Shown here: one piece after another, positions 1-10,574 of the stretch
How the letters are laid out: each line of letters starts with the position of its first letter
Position numbering within the stretch: position 1 is the first letter of the stretch
Source of the DNA: an uncultured Spirochaetota bacterium
GTDB lineage: Bacteria > Spirochaetota > Brevinematia > Brevinematales > JAOACQ01
Reading direction: 5' to 3'
Assembly: GCA_963768055.1 (NCBI GenBank)
Contig: CAVYGN010000002.1
Span: forward strand, 480,001-544,000
DNA: 64,000 nucleotides
Made by a program: the position numbers and the translations under genes
Notes under the pieces: generated by a model
Seen by the model: only the letters and a program-made list of their open reading frames with translations
Told to the model about the DNA's origin: nothing
Databases searched by the model: none

Positions 1-708
1 ATTGGCTATTTGAATTGCATAATTACAACTAGCGGCGCCATTCATATTAATAACACTAGTTCCACTAGTGTTCCGGACTTGGAAATTACTATCCCATCCG
101 CCCAGGATATTAATATTTGAATGATCAACATTCAAGTAGAGTCCGGCACTGTCATTAAAAGGGTTGAGTTCACCACCAGCTGTTGTATAAGTCCCCGCCG
201 CTACATAAACATATCCGGGCTGGCCGTTTAATTTAATTATATTGCTTAATGAATTAGCTCCTTGCTGTATAGATTTAAACGGGCTTGCAGGGGTATTTCC
301 TTTATTAGCCGTGTCGCTCCCGCTAGTCGCCACGTACGCCGGCACATTGTAAATAAAATTCTTCGAGTCCTTCACGTTCCCGCTTGAATCTTCGAGCTGG
401 ACTGATACCTTATGAGGTCCGCATGAGAGATTAAGCATGCCGGTCGACCATGCCGGATAGTTCATAGTGGCCAGCATGGAAGTCCCGCCGTCTATCGAAA
501 CATAGACATTGTACCCTTTTACATAAGACGTATAAGTCCCGGTGAAGTTGGTGACGCCCGGGCCGATTATTTCGCTCATCGGCGTGATCCCGTTCGTGGG
601 GCTGCCTCCCACTGCGGCCTTGTTATTGAAGTCGGGGTTGTAGAAGAGCTGGCAGGAAGACATGAGAACTGCTGCTAGAACAGACATTAAAATTTTTAAG
701 TATTTCAT
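1..708 (-). CDS. Lipoprotein, paralogue of 737-2434 (Ig-like N-domain plus start of a beta-helix); 3' end runs off the window
   Basis: Not in the ORF track. Manual translation from ATG 708 (RBS GGAG upstream) gives MKYLKILMSVLAAVLMSS-CQLFYNPDFNNKAAVGGSPTNGITPMSEIIGPGVTNFTGTY..., open to base 1 and near-identical to the N-terminal part of 737-2434. Confidence 0.9.
   Translation of the reverse strand, partial: MKYLKILMSVLAAVLMSSCQLFYNPDFNNKAAVGGSPTNGITPMSEIIGPGVTNFTGTYTSYVKGYNVYVSIDGGTSMLATMNYPAWSTGMLNLSCGPHKVSVQLEDSSGNVKDSKNFIYNVPAYVATSGSDTANKGNTPASPFKSIQQGANSLSNIIKLNGQPGYVYVAAGTYTTAGGELNPFNDSAGLYLNVDHSNINILGGWDSNFQVRNTSGTSVINMNGAASCNYAIQIAN
281..666. repeat. Direct repeat of 2004-2389 (conserved 5' module of the two lipoprotein genes)
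   Basis: Colinear high-identity match at a constant offset of 1723 bp; similarity drops beyond the GNTPASPF codons. Confidence 0.85.
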
Positions 709-736
709 AAATAACTCCAAACTAACCAATTTAATA

Positions 737-2434
737 TTATTGATTAACAATGTTATCCGGCGAGTTTCCGGTGACTATTGCGTTATTAATATAGGCACTT
801 TTATAAGAATAAATACCGCCTCCATTATTGCCGTTTGCCGAATTATTTGTAACAGGGCCGTTAATAACGTCGTTAGTTTCATTATTAAGATAAATCCCGC
901 CACCGCCAATATTTAGGCTGAAATTTTCGGCCACAATAGCGCTAATTATGTTTCCGTAACCAATTGATATAAATAGTCCACCGCCGTTTTGTGCTGAACT
1001 ATTGCTGATTATAGAACCATTTATAGTCACATTTGTTGAACTGAATATACAATAACCTCCCCCTGCCTGCCCCGCCGTCGCATTAGAAATAACGCTTGCA
1101 TTTAAAATATCTTTTAATTCGTCTATAGCATAAATCCCACCGCCATAATTTGCGGAATTGCAGGTTACAAGCGCGTTAATAATGTTGCCGTAGCTGTTCG
1201 TTAAATAAATGCCTCCGCCGTCAACGCTTGAATAATTGTTGCTTATAATTCCGTTAACGGTTATATTAGAGCCGTTTTCTATCGCAATCCCTCCGCCGTT
1301 TACACCGCTCGAACTATTTGAAATTATATTGCCGTTAATGATGTCGTTATATTCATTAGTCAATAAAAGCCCGCCGCCGCCGTCGGCGGTATAAACATAG
1401 TTACAGGTTATCGTTGTATTGATCGTATTATTATAACCTCCGCTTATATATATTCCGCCGCCGCTACAATGTTGTGAATAATTATTACTTATTATTCCGT
1501 TGATTGTATTGTTAAAACTCCCGGTCATATATATTCCGCCGCCGGGATTTTTAGGGGAATTGTTATAAATGCCGGCGGATATGATATTACCGGATGAATT
1601 ATTAATATATATACCACCCAGATTATTCGAAATTATCAGGTTGGTCAATATATTATTGTAAGCATTGTTAATGAACATACCTAAACAATTACCTGCCCTA
1701 CATAAAATAAAACTATCGATTATAACAGCGGTACTTCCTGATATTTGTATAACATTGCGGGAAGCTGATACATTTCCCTCATCAAGAACACATATTCCAC
1801 TCCTGCTTTGATAATTATTGACAAATCCGCCCAGGATGTTAATATACGAATGCGGAGCATTTAAAATAAGTCCATTTAGAGGTGCATTATTAAGACCTGA
1901 TCCCGGTGTATATGTTCCCGCCGCCACGTAAACATAACCCGGGCATGCATTGACCTTCATTAAATTGGTTACAGAATCCGCTCCCGCCTGCAATGAGAGA
2001 AAAGGGCTTGCAGGGGTATTTCCTTTATTAGCAGTATCGCTTCCGCTAGTCGCCACGTACGCCGGCACGTTGTAAATAAAATTCTTCGAATCCTTCACGT
2101 TCCCGCTTGAATCCTCGAGCTGGACGGTGACCTTGTGGGGGCCGCATGACAGATTCAGGCTGCCGGTCGTCCAGGTAGGATAGTTCATAGTTGCCAGCAT
2201 GGAAGTCCCGCCGTCTATAGATACATAGACATTGTATCCTTTTACATAAGACGTGTAGGTCCCGGTGAAGTTGGTGACTCCCGGACCGATTATTTCACTC
2301 ATCGGCGTTATATTGTTCGTGGGGCTGCTACCCGCTAAAGTCTTATTGGTGAAGTCCGGGTTATAGAAGAGCTGGCAGGACGACATGAGCGCCGCAGCGG
2401 CTAAAACCATTATTAAACTATATATTTTTTTCAT
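737..2434 (-). CDS. Lipoprotein with Ig-like domain and right-handed beta-helix (pectin-lyase fold / Pmp-like GGGIY repeats)
   Basis: Lipobox LMSS-C; YVATSGSD..GNTPASPF and YVAAGTY entry motifs; many ~30-aa GGGIY...N.I.G.ISNN repeats. Confidence 0.85.
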   Translation of the reverse strand: MKKIYSLIMVLAAAALMSSCQLFYNPDFTNKTLAGSSPTNNITPMSEIIGPGVTNFTGTYTSYVKGYNVYVSIDGGTSMLATMNYPTWTTGSLNLSCGPHKVTVQLEDSSGNVKDSKNFIYNVPAYVATSGSDTANKGNTPASPFLSLQAGADSVTNLMKVNACPGYVYVAAGTYTPGSGLNNAPLNGLILNAPHSYINILGGFVNNYQSRSGICVLDEGNVSASRNVIQISGSTAVIIDSFILCRAGNCLGMFINNAYNNILTNLIISNNLGGIYINNSSGNIISAGIYNNSPKNPGGGIYMTGSFNNTINGIISNNYSQHCSGGGIYISGGYNNTINTTITCNYVYTADGGGGLLLTNEYNDIINGNIISNSSSGVNGGGIAIENGSNITVNGIISNNYSSVDGGGIYLTNSYGNIINALVTCNSANYGGGIYAIDELKDILNASVISNATAGQAGGGYCIFSSTNVTINGSIISNSSAQNGGGLFISIGYGNIISAIVAENFSLNIGGGGIYLNNETNDVINGPVTNNSANGNNGGGIYSYKSAYINNAIVTGNSPDNIVNQ

Positions 2435-2443
2435 AATTTACTC

Positions 2444-3859
2444 CTAGAACTTGAGGCCTATCGAGGGCGACACGAAGAACTCATTCGCCCCGAAATCGTA
2501 GCTTAAAGCGACCTTTAAATTAAACCATTTCCACTCGCCTACGACAAAAACTCCTGCGGAGTAGCTGTATGTACTGATAGAGGTCATGTTCAGGTAAGCG
2601 GGGTTTATATTGTTAAATGCGTCCGAGGGAAGGTAAATGTAATATGAACCGGTGACGCCCGCCCCGAACCTGAAATCGGTGGACATGTCCCCGTAAAAAT
2701 AATAGCCAATGTCAAGATACGGCGATAATTCGGACAGGGTGGCCGCAAGGGCCTCTGAATAATAAGAGGAATATCCGCTCCCCGCTTCGAGCCATAAATA
2801 CCGCCAGGGGAAATACTCCACGCCGAGGCCGCCGAAGCTGCTTCCCAGGAAGTAGGCCCTCACATGGATAGGCCCTCCCCATTTCTCCGAAGGCGACACA
2901 TGGGTTGTAGCCCCGTCCAGAACATTGAAAGGGGACTTGTAAATAATGTTTGAATTCTGGTCCAGCACGGTCAGGGTATGATTCGAAAGCGCGTTCATAT
3001 TGGTAAATTCCTCATTTTCATATGCGGGGCTGCCGTCGACAAAATAGCTGTATTTCCTGCCCGATATGCCGTAACTCACCGGATCGATTATCACATTGCC
3101 CGTCGCGAAATATGTCACCCCGAAATTCTCCTTCGGGCCGAGGACCCTGGCGGTATTGTAGACGGTCTTTCCATCCTGCGCCCTTATTACGCTTATAGTA
3201 TAGGACTGGCCGCCCAGCACGCTCATGCTCTTTCTATAATCCTGCTTATTGGCGGTATCGATAAATTTATTATTTATATAGATATCGTATTTCCCTGCAC
3301 CGGCCTTGACGTCGAAGTCGATCCTCGCAAGCGAATAATCTATTTTCAGCACGTCTTCTATGACATTTTTAAGGATCATATCGATGCTGTCGAAGATATC
3401 GATATCGGTTGTCGTTACATAGGACCTGGAGAAAATGTTTTTATTTTCAGACTTGGACCACACGCCGATCTTGATCGTCACTTTTTCGGGATTTTTCTGG
3501 ATCAGGTCGTAATCCCCGTAAAGGATATAATCGGCGTCGTACACCACCTTGGGGGCGGTTTCGGCTTTGATCCTCTCCCATTTTGCCAGGACCGGAGAAA
3601 GCCAGAAAAGGTCGTTCATCAGCTTATCGTCGGGGACGTCGAGCGAGGGAATGATCCTCATAAAGTTGTAAATGGACCTGAATACGACAAGCTGGAAAGA
3701 GTTCGATTTCGAGCTCTTGGTGTCCTCGATGGGAAGTATATAGAACTTCGACGCCTGCTTGATGGGAAGCGTCGAATTAGTGAGTGCGTCGCTCCAGGCT
3801 GGGCCTGAAAAGAATATTGATGATGCAAATAATAGGCTATACAAGGCTAAATTTTTCAT
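2444..3859 (-). CDS. Secreted/outer-membrane protein: CsgG/TolB-N-like domain, two PEGA/Ig-like domains, C-terminal beta-barrel
   Basis: Likely start ATG 3859 (GGAGG upstream); signal peptide MKNLALYSLLFASSIFFSGPAWS; about 8 amphipathic C-terminal strands ending ...SIGLKF; homologous to 41876-43231. Confidence 0.7.
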   Translation of the reverse strand: MKNLALYSLLFASSIFFSGPAWSDALTNSTLPIKQASKFYILPIEDTKSSKSNSFQLVVFRSIYNFMRIIPSLDVPDDKLMNDLFWLSPVLAKWERIKAETAPKVVYDADYILYGDYDLIQKNPEKVTIKIGVWSKSENKNIFSRSYVTTTDIDIFDSIDMILKNVIEDVLKIDYSLARIDFDVKAGAGKYDIYINNKFIDTANKQDYRKSMSVLGGQSYTISVIRAQDGKTVYNTARVLGPKENFGVTYFATGNVIIDPVSYGISGRKYSYFVDGSPAYENEEFTNMNALSNHTLTVLDQNSNIIYKSPFNVLDGATTHVSPSEKWGGPIHVRAYFLGSSFGGLGVEYFPWRYLWLEAGSGYSSYYSEALAATLSELSPYLDIGYYFYGDMSTDFRFGAGVTGSYYIYLPSDAFNNINPAYLNMTSISTYSYSAGVFVVGEWKWFNLKVALSYDFGANEFFVSPSIGLKF

Positions 3860-4275
3860 TATGAAAAACCTCCATAAAATTCTTAAGATGCTCATCGCGG
3901 AGACTCCGGCCCCCTGGAATTACCGCGCAATTGCGAATTGAAATAGACACGTTACAAAAGATTTGAGTTTGAAATAATTGTTGATTTTTAATTAGCAGGG
4001 CGAACACCGCTTATGCGAAGCTGCCCCTTAAAAACGGAAGCCCCATCTAATCGCCTGATTATAAATCGGGCGAAAAAAAAGGGCAAATTATTTATTTATA
4101 CGGTAATAATAATGAAATTATTACTATACCTTATATAATACGCGCCGGTTTACAAAAAAATGAAATAATTTGAAAAAATATTCTTCCCCTTACCCGCCTT
4201 CGCGGGCACCCCCAATTGAATTGATAAATATCCCGTCGTTTCTTATAATATCATATTCATTAATCGGGAGTGTTT

Positions 4276-5166
4276 ATGCTGACTTTTCAGGATTTAATAT
4301 TTAAATTAAAAGAATACTGGGGAAAAGAGGGCTGCCTTATCAGGGAACCTTACGACCTTGAAAAGGGAGCCGGGACATTCAATCCCGACACCTTTCTTCG
4401 CTCGCTCGGGCCCGAGCCATGGAAAGTGGCCTATGTAGAACCGTCCCGCCGGCCTGCCGACGGAAGGTACGGAGAAAACCCCAACCGCCTTGGATATTAT
4501 TTCCAGTTCCAGGTAATAATAAAACCGTCTCCCGACAATATCCAGGACCTCTATCTCAAAAGCCTGGAATTCCTGGGGATAGTTTTACAGGAACATGACA
4601 TACGTTTCGTGCATGACGACTGGGAATCCCCCACTCTCGGAGCCTGGGGGCTCGGCTGGGAGGTCTGGCTCGACGGAATGGAGATAACCCAGTTTACATA
4701 TTTTCAGCAGGTGGGGGGGATCGATCTTTCCCCTATCCCCGTGGAGATCACATACGGGACGGAGAGGATCGCAATGTACCTGCAGAACGTCAATCATTAT
4801 AAGAACATCCGGTGGAATTCGGAATTCACCTACGGCGACCTTCATGAGGAACTTGAACAGGAATTTTCAAAGTATAATTTCGAGATAGCCGACATAGATC
4901 TTTACCGGAGACTTTTCGACGATTACGAAGCCGAGTGTTTCAAGACGCTTGGAAAAGACGCCGTCCTCCCGGCTTACGATCTCACGATGAAATGTTCCCA
5001 TGTTTTCAACATTCTTGACGCGAGAGGCGCTATTTCGGTAACCCAGAGAGAGAGCTACATCCTCCGGGTGAGAAAACTAGCTTCGGCATGCGCCGCGGCA
5101 TTTTTAAAGAAAAGGGAGAAGCTCGGCTTTCCTCTATTGAAAAAGAGTTTAGCCCTGACCGCATGA
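4276..5166 (+). CDS. glyQ: Glycine--tRNA ligase alpha subunit
   Basis: [63 protein letters not shown]. Confidence 0.97.
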   Translation: MLTFQDLIFKLKEYWGKEGCLIREPYDLEKGAGTFNPDTFLRSLGPEPWKVAYVEPSRRPADGRYGENPNRLGYYFQFQVIIKPSPDNIQDLYLKSLEFLGIVLQEHDIRFVHDDWESPTLGAWGLGWEVWLDGMEITQFTYFQQVGGIDLSPIPVEITYGTERIAMYLQNVNHYKNIRWNSEFTYGDLHEELEQEFSKYNFEIADIDLYRRLFDDYEAECFKTLGKDAVLPAYDLTMKCSHVFNILDARGAISVTQRESYILRVRKLASACAAAFLKKREKLGFPLLKKSLALTA

Positions 5167-5783
5167 TTAGAAGGAATTTCTCCCTCCCATTCATAAAACC
5201 CGGGATCGGGGACGTCTTCGGCCGTCTTGGATACAACCCGAAGAAATCCAAGCTCGACGACAGGACTCTCAATCTGGTGAAATATGAAATCGATCGCGCA
5301 TTGCGCTTGATGAAACCGGCAGGCATCAGCATCGACTGCGCTGTTTCAGAAAACGTCAATGAAACAGTCATGCTCGACTGCGGGTTAGGTTTTCATTCCA
5401 GGAAACTTTCCCTGATAATGAAAAATTCTTTATCCGCCACGCTGATGGTTTGCACTGTCGGCCCTGAACTGGCGGGCGAGATCGCCGGGTTATCTTCAAA
5501 GGGAGAAATGTCCAGTGCGGTGGTCCTGGATGCGGTTGCCAGCGAATCTGTAGAGGCTTTTGCCGGATATATAACGGATATACTCGCACGGGAAAAGATC
5601 CTGATGAATCTGAAACCGGCAATGAGATTCAGCCCCGGTTACGGAGACCTTAAAACGGATATACAGCCTCTTATCCTCAAGCTTCTCGAAGCCGATAAGA
5701 TCGGGGTTACCTGTCGTCAGGACAGTTTTATCCTGATTCCCGAAAAATCCATAACTGCCATCATAGGATGGGATAAAAAGTAA
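5163..5783 (+). CDS. Stand-alone B12-dependent methionine synthase activation-domain-like protein
   Basis: [37 protein letters not shown] 5163 overlaps the glyQ stop (ATGA). Confidence 0.8.
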   Translation: MIRRNFSLPFIKPGIGDVFGRLGYNPKKSKLDDRTLNLVKYEIDRALRLMKPAGISIDCAVSENVNETVMLDCGLGFHSRKLSLIMKNSLSATLMVCTVGPELAGEIAGLSSKGEMSSAVVLDAVASESVEAFAGYITDILAREKILMNLKPAMRFSPGYGDLKTDIQPLILKLLEADKIGVTCRQDSFILIPEKSITAIIGWDKK

Positions 5784-5903
5784 CCTTATACCGCTTTCAC
5801 ATTTATCAAACACGGTACAATTGATTTATTTCTGAAAATCTGTTAAAATATAATGCTGTTGAATATTTGCCCTATCGGCCCCGGACGGAGGTGATAGGAG
5901 GAC

Positions 5904-6914
5904 ATGGAAAATATCGAATTAAAAAAGGATGTCTATCAAAGCCTCCGGAATGGAGAATTGGGGCCGGCGGAAGAGTTGGTCCTCAAAGGCATGGAAGAGG
6001 ATATTCACAATCCGGACTATGAAAAATTATTAAAAGTTATAAAATTCTGGCAAAACCGCAGGGAACTTTTCAATTTCGAGGGGGGAGGAGGCGAAGTCCT
6101 TATAGGGGAATGGGACAAGTTCCTTGAATTTTGCAAAGACCAGAGTATTGATAATAAAAAAGCCGTTTTATCGATAAAGAATTATGTTTACAGCAGAGCC
6201 GTGGAATTCCTTGTCGAGAGTTACAGGCTCTCCCCGGTCCCGGAAAGGGACACCCTTATCCTTCTGGGCCAGACTTTTTACGAGATTGGTATTCTCGACA
6301 GGGCTGTTGAAACTCTTGAGTATGCCCTGTCGTTGGCGCGAGGGGATGACGATATAAGGATTTACATGCTCCTCGGCGATATCTATTTCGAAATCGGTGA
6401 AAACGATTCGGCTATGGTCATGTTCAATGAGGCTTTTTTGAGGTTCCCCCAGCTTGTGAATATTGAGACAATAGAATATCCCGCCATTAAAAAGCTTCAT
6501 GCCTCGGTTTCCGAAGACGGCTTTTCGGATAATGAGGTCCTCGAGTGGATCTCCGTTTACGGATACCTTTACGAGGGTTTGACGGCCAGAAAAAAGATGG
6601 AATACAACGACTACATGGAAATGAAAGAAAAAATACTGGATTATGAAAAGTCGTTGAAAATCGATAAAAAGGTCAGGAATATTATAGTTCCCAGGCTGAT
6701 TAATTTTTACCTGTGGATCCTTGATTATTATATTTACCAGCTTGGGGCATACCAGACGGCTGAAAATGTCTTAAAGAGAATACAGGACTTGATAAGTATC
6801 GCTAATTGCCGCCCGGAAACGAAAAACAAACTTTCCGGACGGGTGTCGGTTTTATTTAAAAGCCTCCTGGCCAGACAGGATGTAAAAAAAAGCGCCGAAA
6901 AGGCAAACCCCTAA
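5904..6914 (+). CDS. Tetratricopeptide-repeat protein
   Basis: TPR-like LGQTFYEIG..AVETLEYAL and LLGDIYFEIG..AMVMFNEAF; RBS GGAGG. Confidence 0.75.
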   Translation: MENIELKKDVYQSLRNGELGPAEELVLKGMEEDIHNPDYEKLLKVIKFWQNRRELFNFEGGGGEVLIGEWDKFLEFCKDQSIDNKKAVLSIKNYVYSRAVEFLVESYRLSPVPERDTLILLGQTFYEIGILDRAVETLEYALSLARGDDDIRIYMLLGDIYFEIGENDSAMVMFNEAFLRFPQLVNIETIEYPAIKKLHASVSEDGFSDNEVLEWISVYGYLYEGLTARKKMEYNDYMEMKEKILDYEKSLKIDKKVRNIIVPRLINFYLWILDYYIYQLGAYQTAENVLKRIQDLISIANCRPETKNKLSGRVSVLFKSLLARQDVKKSAEKANP

Positions 6915-6926
6915 TAAGGACGGTTT

Positions 6927-7841
6927 ATGTCAATCGTGGCTGTAGGAAGTCTAGCATTCGACAGTATTAATACGGCAAAGGGAAAGAGGGATAGAATTCT
7001 CGGCGGTTCCCTGACCCATTTCGCAAACGCCGCCAGTTTTTTATCAAAACCGGACCTGGTAGGCGTTGTCGGCGGAGATTTCAACGAAGATCACTGGAAT
7101 TTTTTAAAATCAAAAGCAAACAGTACCGAAGGGATAAGCCTGTTAAAAGATGAAAAGTGTTTCTTCTGGGAGGGCGTATACTCTGAGGATTACGAAAAAC
7201 GGGAAACAATTACAACAGAACTTAACGCCTTCGCCAAATTCGACCCGATCGTTCCGGATTCCTATACAAACAGGCCTTTCATCCTTTTTTTAGCCAATAT
7301 AGACCCGTTAATACAGAAAAAGGTCGTTCTGCAAAGTAAGAAAAGCACTTTAAAGATCCTCGACACAATGAATTTCTGGATACTCAATAACTATGACAAC
7401 CTCTCCCTTGTTCTCGGCCTGGTTGACGGTATCATAGTTAATGAAGAGGAAGCGTTCCTCCTGACAGGCCAGAAGAACATTGTAAGGGCTGCTGAAAAAT
7501 TGTTCAGGCCTAATTTCAAAATGATCATTGTAAAAAAAGGCTCCAACGGGGTCATGGTTTTCGGTAAGGATTTTATTATATCGCTCCCTTCATATCCCCT
7601 GCGGGATATCACCGATCCTACCGGCGCCGGAGACAGTTTCGCAGGAGCTTTTATAAGCTACCTTGACCGCCTTGGGACGAGGTTTTATGACCGTCGAAGT
7701 CTTAAAAATGCGGCCGCTTATGCGACTGTAGTTGCATCATTCACTGTAGAGGATTTCGGGGTCGACGGGCTTAAAGGGATTTCAAAAAATGATATAAATA
7801 AGCGCCTGCGCGAATTCCGTAACATAACGTCTTTCAAATAA
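6927..7841 (+). CDS. PfkB-family carbohydrate/nucleoside kinase
   Basis: VGSLAFD, LGGS, NEEEA, KKGSNG, DPTGAGDSFAG. Confidence 0.9.
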   Translation: MSIVAVGSLAFDSINTAKGKRDRILGGSLTHFANAASFLSKPDLVGVVGGDFNEDHWNFLKSKANSTEGISLLKDEKCFFWEGVYSEDYEKRETITTELNAFAKFDPIVPDSYTNRPFILFLANIDPLIQKKVVLQSKKSTLKILDTMNFWILNNYDNLSLVLGLVDGIIVNEEEAFLLTGQKNIVRAAEKLFRPNFKMIIVKKGSNGVMVFGKDFIISLPSYPLRDITDPTGAGDSFAGAFISYLDRLGTRFYDRRSLKNAAAYATVVASFTVEDFGVDGLKGISKNDINKRLREFRNITSFK

Positions 7842-7862
7842 ATAACAGGGAGTGAAACAGAA

Positions 7863-10574
7863 ATGACAGAAACAATTATTAAAAAGAAAGAAGATATATT
7901 GCTCGATATAGAAGAAAAGCTTAAAGAAGAAAAATGGACCAGGGCGGCTATCGAGAGCTACAGCGTAAGGAACTTTATCGAACTCGACAGCATAATCCGC
8001 ATGTCCATCGACGACAACTTTAAGGACGATCTTAAAAACCTTTGCAGGGAGAACCTCAAGCACTACCAGAACAGCGTTGTCGGTTTATATATAATCGGGG
8101 TACTTTCCCTGGAGGAATCCTCGGTTGACGACACCCATATTCCTCAGATCATAAAACTTTTCATGGACAATAAAAAGCTTAAAATAGCCGAATTCCTGGC
8201 TGAAAAGATACTTTCATACCGCGAGAATAAATTTGCGCTTAAAACCCTTGAAACCGTTTACGAGGATTACGGGAACCAGGACGAATTATTCAATATCAAA
8301 AAAAGGCTTGTACTTATAGACAGTAAGGATGCCGCCAACGCCAAGTATCTCGGCGAATACTACGAGAAAGAGGGCGATAAGGACCAGGCGATGTTTTATT
8401 ACCGCCTGGCTATGGAACGCTATATAAAAGCAAGAAGCGTCAAGATGGTTGAAGATTTATGGAACAAAGTCATAAAACTCTACCCTGAAGACGCCGGCCT
8501 TGTCATCAGCATGTCAAAAAAAATTACCGAAGTTCTGGGCGAAGAGAGAACGGCAGATATGGTTTTCAATGATTTTATAAGACAGGCCATTAAAAATGAA
8601 AAGTTCAGGGAAGCCCTGAAAGTGCTTAAAGTAATTATCGATTTCAAACAGTCTGAAAAACAGTTTCGTAAGGCGATTGAGGATTGCTACAGGAATATTT
8701 ACAAAGACCACAGCCAATTGGAAAAATATCTGAAGCTTTCGGCAATCGGTCAGAGCTGGAAACCGCATAAAGAGGCAATAAGGATCTTCGAGACTCATAT
8801 CGCTTTCGATCAGGGAATCTATGTTTCTCATAAAAGCTGGGGGATCGGCCTGGTTAAGGAAATTCAGAACGATAAGGTAATTATTGATTTTGAAGAGAAG
8901 AAAAACCACGAAATGTCGCTCGAAATCGCGCTCAGGGCCCTCGATATCCTTGACCCCGACAACATCATCATCTGGAAAAAACATAAAACGGAGGAACTTC
9001 GCGGCCTTATCAAGAGCGATCCCCTTAAGGTCATAGAGATAGTGCTTCGAAGCAACAGGGGAGAGATTTCATCCTCCGAAATCAAAAGTTATTTCGTTCC
9101 CGATATAATGAAAGAGAGCGAATGGAACAAGTGGTGGCTCAGTTCTAAGAAACTTCTCGAAACGAGCGAAACCGTCATTCAGAACCCGACAAAAAGGAAT
9201 ATGATCGAACTCCGTGACAACGAACAGAGTATTGTCGATGAAATAATCAGCAAATTTAAGAAAACAACAACCTTCGAAAACAAGGTCAAACTATTCATAG
9301 ATTTCGTCCTGAGGGGGGGGAGTGTGAATTCCGCTCCTGCAGCAGCCCTTGTAGATTACTTTACTGAAATTATCAAAGCTTCGAGCGAATCCAACGAAAA
9401 ACAGCTTGTATCCCTTGTGGCGCTGAAATACTCGAACTATGAAAAATACAGCGACAGCGATGTAGATAGTTCTAACTTTTTCGAAATAAAGAATTTATAC
9501 GATCTGTACGACAAGCTTGACCCGGAACTCAAGAAGACTTTTCTCATGCTTTTAATGAAAAAACTAAAAGACTGGGACCTGAAGTTCGCGGATATAATCG
9601 CTCATTCGGCTGTTGTCAAGCTGAACCGGTTTATGCTGAATGAGCTTGAAATGTTTGAAAAATTTGACGTTATTAACAGTATCTTCGTAGCCTCCATGAA
9701 CGCTTTTCATGAAAACCCGGAATTGTTCCTCTGGATATCCAAGGTCCTGTTCGAAGAAAGCACTACTAACCTTAAGGGCAAAATCGGCGTCAAGGAAAGC
9801 GAAGTCATGTTCAGACTGCTTTCTCTTATCGATATCCTTAACGACGAGATCGAATCTAAAACCAACATAGCCAGGAATAAAAAGATCATCCAGGGAATAT
9901 ACGATATCCTGTTTAAAAAGAATATGTTAAAAGAATTGATCACGAAATCCGATGAGGCAACGGCGAAATCTATCCTTTCCCTTCTATACTCTACTCTTAC
10001 GCTTGAAGCTGATCTCAGGGAGGAATACGTAAATCAGATAATTGCTCTTTATCCGTCTTTGAAAAAGATAAGCAAGCAGGAAAAGATCTTTATCAGGCAT
10101 CCCTTCCTGGTTACCGCTATATCGCTTGAAACTAAGAAGCGGGAGCTTGCCCGGATAATGTCGGCCGATATTCCCGAAAACAGCCGTGCGATCGGCGAAG
10201 CTATGGAAAAGGGAGATCTACGGGAGAACGCGGAATATAAAGCGGCTCTGGAAAAACAGGACCAGCTCAAAGCCTCCGCTTCCAAACTTGAAACGGAAAT
10301 CAACCAGGCTAAGGTCCTTGATAAAAATAAGGTCAATACGTCAATTGTTGACGTCGGCGTAAAAGTTACTGTCAAAGCGGATGACGGCACTATGGAGGAA
10401 TACCGGATACTTGGCCAATGGGACGTGGATTTTAACACGAAAACTATTTCTTATCATTCCCCTTTGGGCAAGGCCCTGCTTGATAGGAAAATAGGCGACA
10501 ATATTGATTTTGAATACAACGGTGAATTGAAAAAATACGAAATTGTTAAGATTACTCTTGCGGATTTTAAATAA
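7863..10574 (+). CDS. greA: Transcription elongation factor GreA, long form with N-terminal extension
   Basis: C-terminal GDLRENAEYKAA and ISYHSPLGKALL; ~750-aa N-terminal extension containing HKSWGIG. Confidence 0.93.
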   Translation: MTETIIKKKEDILLDIEEKLKEEKWTRAAIESYSVRNFIELDSIIRMSIDDNFKDDLKNLCRENLKHYQNSVVGLYIIGVLSLEESSVDDTHIPQIIKLFMDNKKLKIAEFLAEKILSYRENKFALKTLETVYEDYGNQDELFNIKKRLVLIDSKDAANAKYLGEYYEKEGDKDQAMFYYRLAMERYIKARSVKMVEDLWNKVIKLYPEDAGLVISMSKKITEVLGEERTADMVFNDFIRQAIKNEKFREALKVLKVIIDFKQSEKQFRKAIEDCYRNIYKDHSQLEKYLKLSAIGQSWKPHKEAIRIFETHIAFDQGIYVSHKSWGIGLVKEIQNDKVIIDFEEKKNHEMSLEIALRALDILDPDNIIIWKKHKTEELRGLIKSDPLKVIEIVLRSNRGEISSSEIKSYFVPDIMKESEWNKWWLSSKKLLETSETVIQNPTKRNMIELRDNEQSIVDEIISKFKKTTTFENKVKLFIDFVLRGGSVNSAPAAALVDYFTEIIKASSESNEKQLVSLVALKYSNYEKYSDSDVDSSNFFEIKNLYDLYDKLDPELKKTFLMLLMKKLKDWDLKFADIIAHSAVVKLNRFMLNELEMFEKFDVINSIFVASMNAFHENPELFLWISKVLFEESTTNLKGKIGVKESEVMFRLLSLIDILNDEIESKTNIARNKKIIQGIYDILFKKNMLKELITKSDEATAKSILSLLYSTLTLEADLREEYVNQIIALYPSLKKISKQEKIFIRHPFLVTAISLETKKRELARIMSADIPENSRAIGEAMEKGDLRENAEYKAALEKQDQLKASASKLETEINQAKVLDKNKVNTSIVDVGVKVTVKADDGTMEEYRILGQWDVDFNTKTISYHSPLGKALLDRKIGDNIDFEYNGELKKYEIVKITLADFK

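Noticed and set aside
737..1700. CRISPR-like or tandem DNA repeats (recurring CCGCCGCC)
   Set aside because: These are codons of the GGGIY beta-helix repeats. There is no constant repeat-spacer structure and no cas gene.
2978..3808. 276-aa plus-strand ORF and the many other antisense or nested ORFs in the track
   Set aside because: They are shadows of well-supported genes on the opposite strand or frame and carry no recognisable motifs.
5871..5897. sigma28 -10-like GCCGATAG on the minus strand
   Set aside because: No TAAA at 15-bp spacing, and it points antisense to the neighbouring genes.
7863..10574. 903-aa GreA as a novel fusion
   Set aside because: Long GreA proteins are already known from spirochetes and chlamydiae.
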